Virus record (IMG/VR): IMGVR_UViG_3300044846_004119
Span: 32,001 to 96,000 of that record
Direction: 5' to 3' (one strand)
Origin: a virus
Length of the DNA: 64,000 bases
A model generated the notes under the pieces. The model did not search any database. It was not told where the DNA came from and worked only from the letters and a program-made list of their open reading frames with translations. This document shows positions 29,701 through 37,327 of this stretch, piece after piece; positions within the stretch are counted from its first letter, which is position 1, and every line of letters starts with the position of its first letter. A program made the translations under genes and the position numbers.

Positions 29701-30482
29701 CCTTAACAACTTATGAGAATAACTTTGCGGGTATAACTATAGACCAAGATTGGGGTCAATCATCTACTTATTTTGTTGATAAATATTTTTATTGTTCAAG
29801 CCAAAATGTACCTAACGCCACATTCTCAGACTCAACTCAATCAGTCAAATTTTTAGTTGAAAGATGGTCACAAAGAATGAGTTTATTATCCAATGACAGT
29901 GCATCGGAAATTGCTAAATTTTGGATATTAAATGCTAACACATCTGTTACTGATAAAAAATTAAATCCTGTTAATGTTTACGACCAAATGTCGTCAATAG
30001 ATAAAGGAAATATTGAAACTAAAGTACAATCGGCGATTAATGAGTTTAATACTCAAACGGGACAACTTAATGTGGGGTCAACACCACCAGTAACACCACC
30101 ATTAATTGATACATACACTTACGCAGTAACAACACCACCATTATTTGAAAATTTAAAGGTTATTGTGGACCCATCGGTCGATGGACTAAGAAATATATTT
30201 CAAATAGAGTATGGTTATAATATTACTGCGGAGTGTCATGAGGGTAGTGGTTCAGGACAACAATTTGGGACTAATTATGTTTCAACAAATAAACAAAAAT
30301 TTGAAATTGATTTACAAGGGTTATTAACAGAATCTGGTTGTAATAATGTGTCGAAAAGTGAGTATACAGGAACTTATAAATACCAAATAACGGTATTTAC
30401 TAAACCTGTTAAACCTGATGGGTCACTTGATACGTCAAGAAACGATTTTTACAAAAGTTATCCTGTAACTTTCACTTTGTAA
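23742..30482 (+). CDS. Giant baseplate hub protein (gp27/VgrG-like fold with large insertions)
   Basis: 2246 aa; hub-type segment SCNVSMMGNAMIQPTMYF.L..VPMFSGPYMITSVNHSISPGSFETIIEG; follows the LysM gene; GH73-like segment near the C-terminus. Confidence 0.6.
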   Translation: MVGDTENILVEFDYNNITIVDPNKVIDINGNAKERFIKQEDLVFYANLECKVLPRTKLAVGVANNDQIQTVSIATINFLKPGDKTFLDNSYTDEITGKNSVTGEGVNQPKKNSISNPNKPADFFLRQSINSGGKPGATDNGLLGITSINIRQGLDFLPTINVQLEDVKGKALFESGDNSPYAAFFNLPYPLFHLTIKGYYGKAIKLGLMLQSFSSRYDTYSGNFKIDLKFYTYKYTILSEITMAALTATPHMYKSRIKVQTTQGSTDSKFVKVEDGVVEGGYQKVKEMYSEYKSKGMIPDDFPEITLVQMQERIENFIKNVLDSFTKQNLDPLTNLDVYQKTLNDYSGNVYYFNGSSWFEKYMDKNTAFVLTNGNKVYTFKPEISLQNRVTAKAELDGYVKKYNELLDGNETVGANGSYKINNKTTKITIPNGIKSPDTFIPKPEITEKDIDLVQSYRLVKGVKTTPTDTQLAAYQAELIKNKVFNTPVIKNADGNIELIKDYYIFEGTNTFIDNIDKMGKKLKVFREQIQEELTKALSELLQSKDNGIGFVPNIRNVLAVVFANGEAFLRLMDDVHTKAWDKRDSTIRKNSIFNSQTAGASQDNLSSGNNKEQPIYPWPQMIKETSGTDGHEKFEIVYPGDSSVITQTKGFLADEWPEVEFVEEFIRGYVERTSPPSDSTASPNELTEPQRISVDAIEFPIKNDVYGNKEEVKFFYEIYERVLLTTFYSRLGRCNDFISDSDKVTTIIADAENINILKSLSNDNPFIIQKLKEYAYTGENFETVLRHISNEGLGESWQNFIRGIFNTKYIKNLVNNSSFEFINEQILKNSLSQPMVSLPSETQFAEYINDSTTSNEYDFADTYPFTNKNWVKKYLANSNTVLDEKSAFDTTQILTYTSDNKIITNIASYDSGKKPFTNFISEITVTPTEYSTTVGMKAFYETRKNDYKNQLFTEGNLKYNNYNGLVTSEQTVSMFNTPYFINAIQQGVSNFRNFSETPYTEAAYLFLNSLPLSTLREKYKTKNESDDLNYIFATLNKFGGVHKIPYSWVLKYGSIWHRYKKYVETGVDIIGVSWANFDYLNNYDPVNSLPSTMYTFSASTQIGIVDIVLENNVTIGGEVSTTINTGFYPKLINDFNVFYQGFEIFSAYTSTAIQEGIKSGFTLNYVDKAIISKSEGFDTSIPNRDLRIFPWTVSVNTLDNISSFIFPSQGSLVNQTNNECFDANTGEIKFEVMGNKSMYDGSVRTFWTAPNYGYFDDSKIVKVNPDQYLKEIFSGKSFQENYSLNGVITQYSNISEMFSVFEKDVLDLFEVEFLNFSKSKYDYSSEGVGANDSNTAKLFKNFQVLMIELMKQPKITGSTGEDYVRNAQSAQLTNITNLLTRFINNDVVFKNGNPSNYDKKLFYTFSNYDITDPYILDKYTLLTPNAVPVNGGTTTLSSSKSLYPNEWTTLETYVGFSEIPQLVYGNNGSYITDFFVDLNISFTVNNIINFSPIIKIYATQKLKESTMNKKKFIGLMDEYLKKSLDFKNKIFNNLIIKLQKALPDVNNTVQTTIDSVLEGPQTKVELWESFKAINDKWISGNDFKTKTLFEDVLLLDRASRNIGDKILVDVFKLKNRLININPKATMLSFVQSILVENNFVVMNLPSYVNFYNVQDAVKNPKPKVEGTLEFANTLFGTFMNVDYRESSAKMVCFFGGKPSEQLDLKNNVDFRYRNDAFDLRRASDNPLVEDLTNKNDWDKSNKVVGFNVDIGPQNQSMFYGFTVSQDAGQATAESLEVLNQMANQGGNRGGATQSNSLYNLYKNRSYSCNVSMMGNAMIQPTMYFNLRYVPMFSGPYMITSVNHSISPGSFETIIEGIRQPTASLPKIDNYLQTLKTNLLQSIIEKNKLDTQKKNAETKVNSTNVIGQSTEVNNQATQQDSTTANDTIQETCQPNSKYAQWTPLTGPSITTLNYKSVIGTIVSLTNDVKLQKVIFSSIYISSNNNNTLTTYENNFAGITIDQDWGQSSTYFVDKYFYCSSQNVPNATFSDSTQSVKFLVERWSQRMSLLSNDSASEIAKFWILNANTSVTDKKLNPVNVYDQMSSIDKGNIETKVQSAINEFNTQTGQLNVGSTPPVTPPLIDTYTYAVTTPPLFENLKVIVDPSVDGLRNIFQIEYGYNITAECHEGSGSGQQFGTNYVSTNKQKFEIDLQGLLTESGCNNVSKSEYTGTYKYQITVFTKPVKPDGSLDTSRNDFYKSYPVTFTL

Positions 30483-30500
30483 TTTTCTAATAATAAACGA

Positions 30501-30507
30501 TATTTAT
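30501..30507 (+). promoter_or_regulatory. TATTTAT late-type promoter motif
   Basis: 14 nt before ATG 30522. Confidence 0.6.
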
Positions 30508-30521
30508 ATATAAACACTATT

Positions 30522-30746
30522 ATGGACACAAAATTAATATTAGACAACTATTTAGGTAAAAACACCAGAAGCACTGAGAAAGACTTGGGTAATGGTTCTA
30601 AACAAGTTTGCGATTTAGACACAGGAGATTGTTATACTATCAGAATGAAGGATGGTTTAATTGAAAGAGTTGACAATACAATGACAAAAAATAAAAAAAT
30701 TCAGGTTGAAACTCTAACAGGAGTGAAACAACTTTTAAACGGGTAA
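30522..30746 (+). CDS. Hypothetical protein
   Basis: 74 aa ATG ORF with upstream motif; contains CDLDTGDC. Confidence 0.75.
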   Translation: MDTKLILDNYLGKNTRSTEKDLGNGSKQVCDLDTGDCYTIRMKDGLIERVDNTMTKNKKIQVETLTGVKQLLNG

Positions 30747-30750
30747 TCAA

Positions 30751-31437
30751 ATGAAAAGAGTAGACAACAGAATTATTGAGGAAATCTCAAGATATAAATC
30801 AATTAACGATTATATTTTTGAACAAGAGGCAACATTACCTCCACCACCTGAAGAAGGTATTTTACCTCCTGCAGACCCAAGTGCGTTACCACCACCTCCT
30901 GCTGATGCGGGGGCATTACCACCACCTCCTGGCATTGAACCACCTGCGGCACCTGGTGCAGTACCAACCCCTGTTGATGTTGCAACTGACCCTGATGTTG
31001 AAAAAGTTGGTGAAGAAAAAGGTAAGACTGAGGAACTTGATATTAGTGACTTAGTTAATTCCCAAAAACAAGTAGAAAAAAAACAAGAAGAATATTTTGA
31101 TAATTTATTCAAACATCTTACAGACTTAGAAGGTAAATTAGGTGAAATGGATAATATCATGAATAAGTTGAATGACTTAGAAATGAAAGTTGAGAAATAT
31201 AGAGAAAAAACACCTCAAGAGAAATTAGAACTTAGAAGTTTAGATTCTGGTCCATTTAATCAAAAATTATCAGATTTCTTTGAAGATAAAGAAGAAGATA
31301 TGGAAAAGTCGGGAAAAAATGAATATATTTTAACCCAAGATGAGGTTGAGGATTACTCACCAGTAGATATCAAAAAAACTTTTAGAAATTTTGAAGATTT
31401 GGATAATCAAATCGATTCTTTCAAACAAGTCAAGTAA
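30751..31437 (+). CDS. Hypothetical Pro-rich/coiled-coil acidic protein (possible head core/scaffold)
   Basis: 228 aa; LPPPP repeats followed by a heptad-rich acidic region. Confidence 0.7.
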   Translation: MKRVDNRIIEEISRYKSINDYIFEQEATLPPPPEEGILPPADPSALPPPPADAGALPPPPGIEPPAAPGAVPTPVDVATDPDVEKVGEEKGKTEELDISDLVNSQKQVEKKQEEYFDNLFKHLTDLEGKLGEMDNIMNKLNDLEMKVEKYREKTPQEKLELRSLDSGPFNQKLSDFFEDKEEDMEKSGKNEYILTQDEVEDYSPVDIKKTFRNFEDLDNQIDSFKQVK

Positions 31438-31442
31438 AATAT

Positions 31443-31465
31443 AAAACGGTCTTCGGACCGTTTTT
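31443..31465 (+). terminator. Rho-independent terminator with C(UUCG)G tetraloop
   Basis: AAAACGGTC-TTCG-GACCGTTTT-T; symmetric A/T tails make it potentially bidirectional. Confidence 0.9.
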
Positions 31466-31479
31466 AGTTTAAAATTTAT

Positions 31480-31508
31480 TTGACAAATACTCAGATTGTA
31501 CTTATACT
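31480..31508 (+). promoter_or_regulatory. Near-consensus sigma70-type promoter of the replication module
   Basis: TTGACA (31480-31485), 17 nt, TATACT (31503-31508), immediately after the terminator. Confidence 0.75.
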
Positions 31509-31543
31509 TATGATAATATAAATCATTAAATACTTTAACAACT

Positions 31544-32395
31544 ATGGCGACAAATTCATTAGACGCAGTTTTGGCTCAATACGAGCAGGCAAAACAAGGT
31601 GGTTCTTCTAACACCTCAAAATTTACACAAGAAGAAAGAATGAAAAAATACTTTGCAGCTATCCTTAAAGATACTGAAAAACAAGGGCAACGAAGACTAC
31701 GTATTTTACCAACACCCGATGGTTCTTCACCATTTAAAGAAGTTTGGTATCACGAAATTCAAGTTGACGGTAAATTTCAAAAATTTTATGACCCGGGTAA
31801 GAATGACAACGAGCGTTCACCATTGAATGAAGTTTATGAAGAACTACGCTCAACAGGAAAAGAGTCTGACAAAGAATTGGCAAAACAATATTTATCTCGT
31901 AAATTTTACATTGTTAAAGTTATGGACCGTGATAACGAGTCTGATGGGGTTAAGTTTTGGAGATTCAAACACAACTACAAAAATGAGGGGATTTTAGATA
32001 AGATTATTCCTATTTGGAGAGCTAAAGGTGATATTACTGACCCTGATAACGGTCGTGACATTATTCTTGAATTAACCAAAGCAAAAACACCTAAAGGTGC
32101 CACTTACACAGTTATTCAAACTGTTATGTATGATGACCCAACTCCTGTACACGAAAATAAACAAACCGCGGATTCTTGGATTAATGATGAGTTAACATGG
32201 GAAGATGTTTATTCTAAAAAACCTGAAGAATACCTTGAAGCTATTGCTCGTGGAGAAACACCACGTTGGGATTCTGACAAAGGCGGTTTTGTATACGAAA
32301 ACAATCTTGAGACAACAACATCTTTTGGTGGTAAAACTGAACCAATCGTTGACCCACAAGCAAATGATGATAGTGACACCGAATTACCTTTCTAA
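31544..32395 (+). CDS. gp32: Single-stranded DNA-binding protein, T4 gp32-like
   Basis: RLRILP..PFKEVWYH, RKFYIVKV, GVKFWRF, DITDPDNGRDIIL; acidic tail DDSDTELPF. Confidence 0.85.
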   Translation: MATNSLDAVLAQYEQAKQGGSSNTSKFTQEERMKKYFAAILKDTEKQGQRRLRILPTPDGSSPFKEVWYHEIQVDGKFQKFYDPGKNDNERSPLNEVYEELRSTGKESDKELAKQYLSRKFYIVKVMDRDNESDGVKFWRFKHNYKNEGILDKIIPIWRAKGDITDPDNGRDIILELTKAKTPKGATYTVIQTVMYDDPTPVHENKQTADSWINDELTWEDVYSKKPEEYLEAIARGETPRWDSDKGGFVYENNLETTTSFGGKTEPIVDPQANDDSDTELPF

Positions 32396-32407
32396 TTAAA
32401 CTTTAAC

Positions 32408-32441
32408 ATAGACACTTGGTATTACTGAGTGTCTATTTTTT
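32408..32441 (+). terminator. Rho-independent terminator after SSB
   Basis: ATAGACACTTGGT / ACTGAGTGTCTAT stem (two G-U pairs) followed by a T run. Confidence 0.8.
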
Positions 32442-32474
32442 ATAGTTCAAAACAATAATTTAATTTAACCTAAC

Positions 32475-33458
32475 ATGGCAATAAGAAAAAGAGAAATATC
32501 TTTGGATACAATCAAAGATAAGTTCTCAACAAAAACAAAATACAAAACAGAAAGTTTTTATAATTGTGGTGAGGCTTTTATGAATGCTTGCGGATTACCT
32601 GGACCTGTAATGGGGGGTATTAATATGTTCTTGGGACATTCAAACACCTCAAAAACAACTGCAATGATATTAGCGGCGGCAGATGCTCAGAAAAAAGGAC
32701 ATTTACCTGTTCTTATTATAACGGAAAAAAAATGGTCTTGGGAACACGCTATTGAATTGGGATTACAAGCCGAAAAAAATGACCTTGGTGAGTATGATGG
32801 TATGTTTATCTTTAATGACTCATTTGATGTTATTGAACAAGCAACTAATTTTATTAATGATATTCTTGATGCTCAAGAGAAAGGGGATATCCCTTATAGT
32901 ATATTATTTTTATGGGATTCAATAGGTAGTATTCCTTGTCAGATGACTTTTGATGGTAAAGGTGGTGGAATGCACTCCGCTAAAGTGTTGGCGGATAAAA
33001 TTGGATTGGGAATTCATTCTCGCATCTCAAAATCAAAAAAAGAAGATTATCCGTATTATAATACTTTAGTTATTTTAAACCAACCATGGGTGGAATTAGC
33101 GGATAACCCTTTTGGTCAACCTGAAATTCGTGCCAAAGGTGGGACCGCGGTATGGTTAGCAAGTAGTTTAATATTTTTATTTGGTAATCAGAAAAAAGCG
33201 GGTATTAGTCATATTGACGCAACTAAAAATGGTAGAAAAGTGTCGTTTGCAATTAGAACCAAAATTTCTATTTTGAAAAATCACGTAAATGGTCTCGGTT
33301 ATAAAGATGGTAAAATAGTTGCAGTGCCACAAGGTTATATTGCAGATACAAAAGAATCTTTAGATAACTATAAAAAAGAATATTCAGATTATTGGGAAAC
33401 AAAATTAGGGTATTCTGATTATTCTTTGGATGAATCTGAAGATGACTTTGACGAGTAA
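32475..33458 (+). CDS. uvsX: RecA/UvsX-like recombinase
   Basis: P-loop GHSNTSKTT, Walker B FLWDSIG, VILNQPW, KGGTAVWLASS, KISILKNHV. Confidence 0.85.
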   Translation: MAIRKREISLDTIKDKFSTKTKYKTESFYNCGEAFMNACGLPGPVMGGINMFLGHSNTSKTTAMILAAADAQKKGHLPVLIITEKKWSWEHAIELGLQAEKNDLGEYDGMFIFNDSFDVIEQATNFINDILDAQEKGDIPYSILFLWDSIGSIPCQMTFDGKGGGMHSAKVLADKIGLGIHSRISKSKKEDYPYYNTLVILNQPWVELADNPFGQPEIRAKGGTAVWLASSLIFLFGNQKKAGISHIDATKNGRKVSFAIRTKISILKNHVNGLGYKDGKIVAVPQGYIADTKESLDNYKKEYSDYWETKLGYSDYSLDESEDDFDE

Positions 33459-33489
33459 AAAATATTTTCAAAATACTTAAAAATTTTAA

Positions 33490-34494
33490 ATGGTCAAAAC
33501 ATTAATTGTTGATGGTAACAATTTATTAAAAATAGGATTTCACGGAGTTAAAGATTTTTACCACAACGGAAAACACATAGGAGGGTTATGGCATTTTATC
33601 AACACAATTAGACGGTTTATTGACGAACAAAATTTTGATAAGGTTGTTGTTATATGGGATGGGGATGATAACTCTTCTACCCGCAAACTTATTTACCCTC
33701 AGTATAAAAAAAAACTACTTATAACCGAAGATTTTAAAGACCAATCTTTTGGAGAACAAAAAGAGAGAGTTAAACAATATTTGGAGGAATGTTATATAAG
33801 ACAAATTGAAGTAGATAATAACGAAGGTGACGATTTGATTGCGTACTACTGCCAAATATCTGAAGACGAAATTAAAACTATTTTTTCGGGAGATAAAGAT
33901 TTGACACAACTTATCTCAGATAAGGTTTCGGTCTATTCCCCAAACTCAAAACAAGTGTATAAAAATGGGGATAAAATAAAGATTCAATTCCATGAATTTC
34001 CGCATCAGAATATTAAAACATATAAAATATTATCGGGTGATAAGTCAGATAATATAGATGGAATTTATTATTTGGGCGAAAAAACTTTAGTTAAATTATT
34101 TCCTGAATTGCTTGACCAAACGGTAACTATTACCGATATTTTAATAAAGGCAGAAACTCTTTTAAAAGAAGATAAAGGTAATAAATCTTTACAAAATTTA
34201 TTATCAGGTAAAACTAAAACAGGAGTATACGGTGAAGAATTTTTTATTATTAATGAAAAAATAATAGATTTATCAAAACCATTAATCACCGATGAAGCAA
34301 AAGAATTAGTTGAACTATATTATCGAGAAAGTTTAGACCCTGATGGGAGAGGGTATAGGAATCTTTTAAAGATGATGATGGAAGACGGGTTCTTTAAATT
34401 CCTACCAAAAGTAGATGATGCTTGGGTTGACTTTGTTCGTCCATACATGAAATTAACAAGAAAAGAAAAAAAAAATTACAAACAAATAAAATAA
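33490..34494 (+). CDS. rnh: 5'-3' exonuclease / flap endonuclease (T4 RNase H-like)
   Basis: LIVDGNNL, EGDDLIAY, SGDKDLTQL, GDKSDNIDGI..LGEKT. Confidence 0.92.
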   Translation: MVKTLIVDGNNLLKIGFHGVKDFYHNGKHIGGLWHFINTIRRFIDEQNFDKVVVIWDGDDNSSTRKLIYPQYKKKLLITEDFKDQSFGEQKERVKQYLEECYIRQIEVDNNEGDDLIAYYCQISEDEIKTIFSGDKDLTQLISDKVSVYSPNSKQVYKNGDKIKIQFHEFPHQNIKTYKILSGDKSDNIDGIYYLGEKTLVKLFPELLDQTVTITDILIKAETLLKEDKGNKSLQNLLSGKTKTGVYGEEFFIINEKIIDLSKPLITDEAKELVELYYRESLDPDGRGYRNLLKMMMEDGFFKFLPKVDDAWVDFVRPYMKLTRKEKKNYKQIK

Positions 34495-34496
34495 AT

Positions 34497-34949
34497 ATGA
34501 AAGAACAAGAATCAACAAAATTAGAATTTTTAATGATGGTAAATGATAATATCATTGTACAAAGATATTTTAATGTTAGAAACTTTAACCCTGACGGTAA
34601 AAACTCATTAGAGTTTTATAACCTGTTGGCTAATTTTAGTTATGATATTAAGTATCAACTAAAAATGAAAACCGCATCATACATGATTGACAATCATTAT
34701 GAAATTATTAACAATCCTACAATATTAGATACATCGTATATTGATGGTCCTGAATATTTTAATGTGTATATTAAGATGGGTGATGTGACAATTTGTCAGA
34801 GACAGTTCGACGCAAAAATATACCCACCTAAGATAAGATACACCGTAGACGTACGCCCACACCTAAAAAATTTACTTATGTCTTTGACTGACATTTTTTC
34901 ATCTGAAAATTTAACACTCGAGTACCTTGGACTTCCTTTAAAAGGGTAA
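34497..34949 (+). CDS. Hypothetical protein
   Basis: 150 aa ATG ORF packed between exonuclease and helicase. Confidence 0.75.
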   Translation: MKEQESTKLEFLMMVNDNIIVQRYFNVRNFNPDGKNSLEFYNLLANFSYDIKYQLKMKTASYMIDNHYEIINNPTILDTSYIDGPEYFNVYIKMGDVTICQRQFDAKIYPPKIRYTVDVRPHLKNLLMSLTDIFSSENLTLEYLGLPLKG

Positions 34950-34956
34950 TATTTAT
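34950..34956 (+). promoter_or_regulatory. TATTTAT motif
   Basis: 22 nt before helicase ATG 34979. Confidence 0.5.
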
Positions 34957-34978
34957 CAAATACAACAATGAAAAAACT

Positions 34979-36361
34979 ATGGCGTCAAACAAAAATTTCG
35001 AATATCTAGGTAGCAGTTTTCAGCTACAATTATTAAACCAAATTATTATCGACAAAGACTTTGCGAGGTCTATTCTTGATGTAATTGAAACAAATTACTT
35101 TGAAAACAAATACTTCAAAATAATTATTCAGATGGTTAAAGAATATTACACAAAGTATGAACATGCACCAGCATTTGACACTTTAGAACAAATCACCAAA
35201 TCTGAATTACAACAGGAACTAGCGTCAAAAATTGTTATTGATACTATTAATAAAATCAAAGAAGCTCCACTTGAGGGTGGGGAATTTGTTCAGGAAAAAG
35301 CTATGAAATTCTGTAAACAACAAGAATTACAGAAAGTAATGAACAAAGCTCAAAAAATCATCGATGGAGGTGAATTTGAAAACTATGATAAAGTAGAACA
35401 ATTAGTGAGGAACGCTTTACAAGTTGGGGAAAGAGAAGATGGACAATCTGATGTATTTTTCAATTTAAGTGAGGTTTTAAATGAGGATTATCGTCATCCA
35501 ATACCAATGGGTATCCCAGGTATTGATAGACTCTTAAAAGGAGGTTTGGCTAAAGGAGAAATCGGTGTAGTGTTAGCTCCTACTGGGGTTGGTAAATCAA
35601 CACTACTAACAAAAGTTGCAAATCACGCTTTTAATTTAGGGTATAACGTATTACAAATCTTCTTTGAAGATAACCCAAAGATTATTCAAAGAAAACATAT
35701 TACTTTATGGACAAAGGTTCATCCTGATGAATTGTCCTTAAAGAAAGAGGAAGTTATGATTAAAGTACAAGAGGTAAAAGATACAATGACCAATAAATTA
35801 ATCTTAAAAAAACTTCCATCTGATACCGTAACTATGTTACAAATTAAAAATCAAATTAGAAAAATGATTGCCGATGGAGTAAGAGTTGATATGGTATTAT
35901 TAGATTATATTGACTGTGTTGTTCCTGATAGGAATTTAAGTGATGAATGGAAATCTGAAGGTTCGGTTATGAGAGCATTTGAATCAATGTGTCACGAGTT
36001 GGATTTAGTTGGATGGACCGCAACTCAAGGTAACAGAAGTTCAATTTCGTCTGATGTAGTAACTACCGACCAAATGGGTGGTTCTATTAAAAAAGCACAA
36101 GTTGGACACGTAATCATTACCGTGGCAAAATCCCTACAACAAAAAGAAATGAAACTAGCAACAATAGCAATTACTAAATCTCGTATTGGTGATGATGGGG
36201 TTGTGTTTGAAAATTGTAAATTTGATAATGGAATGTTAGAGATTGATACCGAAAGTTCGGTTACATTCTTAGGACTAGAGGGACAACAAGAAGAGAGAAA
36301 CCGTCAACGAGTTAAAGACTTGTTAGACAAAAGAAAAGAAAAACAACAAACACAAAACTAA
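34979..36361 (+). CDS. gp41: Replicative DnaB-family helicase, T4 gp41-like
   Basis: Walker [33 protein letters not shown]. Confidence 0.93.
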   Translation: MASNKNFEYLGSSFQLQLLNQIIIDKDFARSILDVIETNYFENKYFKIIIQMVKEYYTKYEHAPAFDTLEQITKSELQQELASKIVIDTINKIKEAPLEGGEFVQEKAMKFCKQQELQKVMNKAQKIIDGGEFENYDKVEQLVRNALQVGEREDGQSDVFFNLSEVLNEDYRHPIPMGIPGIDRLLKGGLAKGEIGVVLAPTGVGKSTLLTKVANHAFNLGYNVLQIFFEDNPKIIQRKHITLWTKVHPDELSLKKEEVMIKVQEVKDTMTNKLILKKLPSDTVTMLQIKNQIRKMIADGVRVDMVLLDYIDCVVPDRNLSDEWKSEGSVMRAFESMCHELDLVGWTATQGNRSSISSDVVTTDQMGGSIKKAQVGHVIITVAKSLQQKEMKLATIAITKSRIGDDGVVFENCKFDNGMLEIDTESSVTFLGLEGQQEERNRQRVKDLLDKRKEKQQTQN

Positions 36362-36369
36362 AAAAAAAC

Positions 36370-37317
36370 ATGGAAAAAATTTTAATAGAGAATCCAAATA
36401 GATTCGTTATTTTCCCAATCGAGCACAATGATATTTGGGAATATTACAAACAACATCAAGCGGCTTTCTGGACTGCGGAAGAGGTTGATTTATCAAATGA
36501 TATTAGAGATTGGGAAAACTTATCAGATAATGAGAGATTTTTCGTAAAAAACGTCTTATCATTCTTTGCGGCATCCGATGGTATTGTTAATGAAAATTTA
36601 GCAGAAAACTTCTTAAAAGAAGTCCAATACCCTGAAGCAAAATTCTTTTACGGATTTCAGTTAATGGCAGAAAATATTCACTCTTTAATGTATTCATTAC
36701 TTATTGATACCTATGTGTCAAACCCACAAGAAAAAGATGAATGCTTTCACGCTATTGATAGATTACCTGCGGTACAAAAAAAGGCAAAATGGGCTTTAAA
36801 TTGGATAGAGAACTCAACATTTGAAGAAAGATTAATTGCTTTTGCGGCGGTTGAAGGTATCTTTTTTTCAGGTTCGTTCTGTGCTATTTTTTGGTTAAAG
36901 TCTCGAGGTATTTTACAAGGACTATGTAATGCAAACACTTTGATTTTCAAAGATGAGAACTTACACTGTGACTTTGCAATTCATTTATTAAATAATCACA
37001 TTGAAAACAAACCAAGTGAGAAAAGAATTAGAGAAATTTTATTATCCGCATTAGAGATTGAGAAAGAATTCATTATTGAGTCATTACCAATATCTTTAAT
37101 TGGGATGAATTCAAATTTAATGAAACAATATCTTGAATTTGTTACTGATGGTTTATTACTTAAACTTGGATGTAAAAAAGAATTTAATGTGGACCAACCA
37201 TTTAAATTTATGGAACAAATTGCGGTAGAAACAAAAGGTAATTTTTTTGAATCAAGGACTATGGAATACCAAAAAGCTAAATTGAACGAAACATTGTCAT
37301 TTACGGATGATTTTTAA
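36370..37317 (+). CDS. nrdB: Ribonucleotide reductase class Ia beta subunit
   Basis: [22 protein letters not shown] (radical Tyr), [25 protein letters not shown]. Confidence 0.97.
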   Translation: MEKILIENPNRFVIFPIEHNDIWEYYKQHQAAFWTAEEVDLSNDIRDWENLSDNERFFVKNVLSFFAASDGIVNENLAENFLKEVQYPEAKFFYGFQLMAENIHSLMYSLLIDTYVSNPQEKDECFHAIDRLPAVQKKAKWALNWIENSTFEERLIAFAAVEGIFFSGSFCAIFWLKSRGILQGLCNANTLIFKDENLHCDFAIHLLNNHIENKPSEKRIREILLSALEIEKEFIIESLPISLIGMNSNLMKQYLEFVTDGLLLKLGCKKEFNVDQPFKFMEQIAVETKGNFFESRTMEYQKAKLNETLSFTDDF

Positions 37318-37327
37318 ATAAAAATAT

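Noticed and set aside
30835-30970. Pro-rich repeat in gene 30751 as part of the glycosylation target set
   Set aside because: LPPPP/PA-rich with almost no Thr/Ser; more likely a disordered linker.
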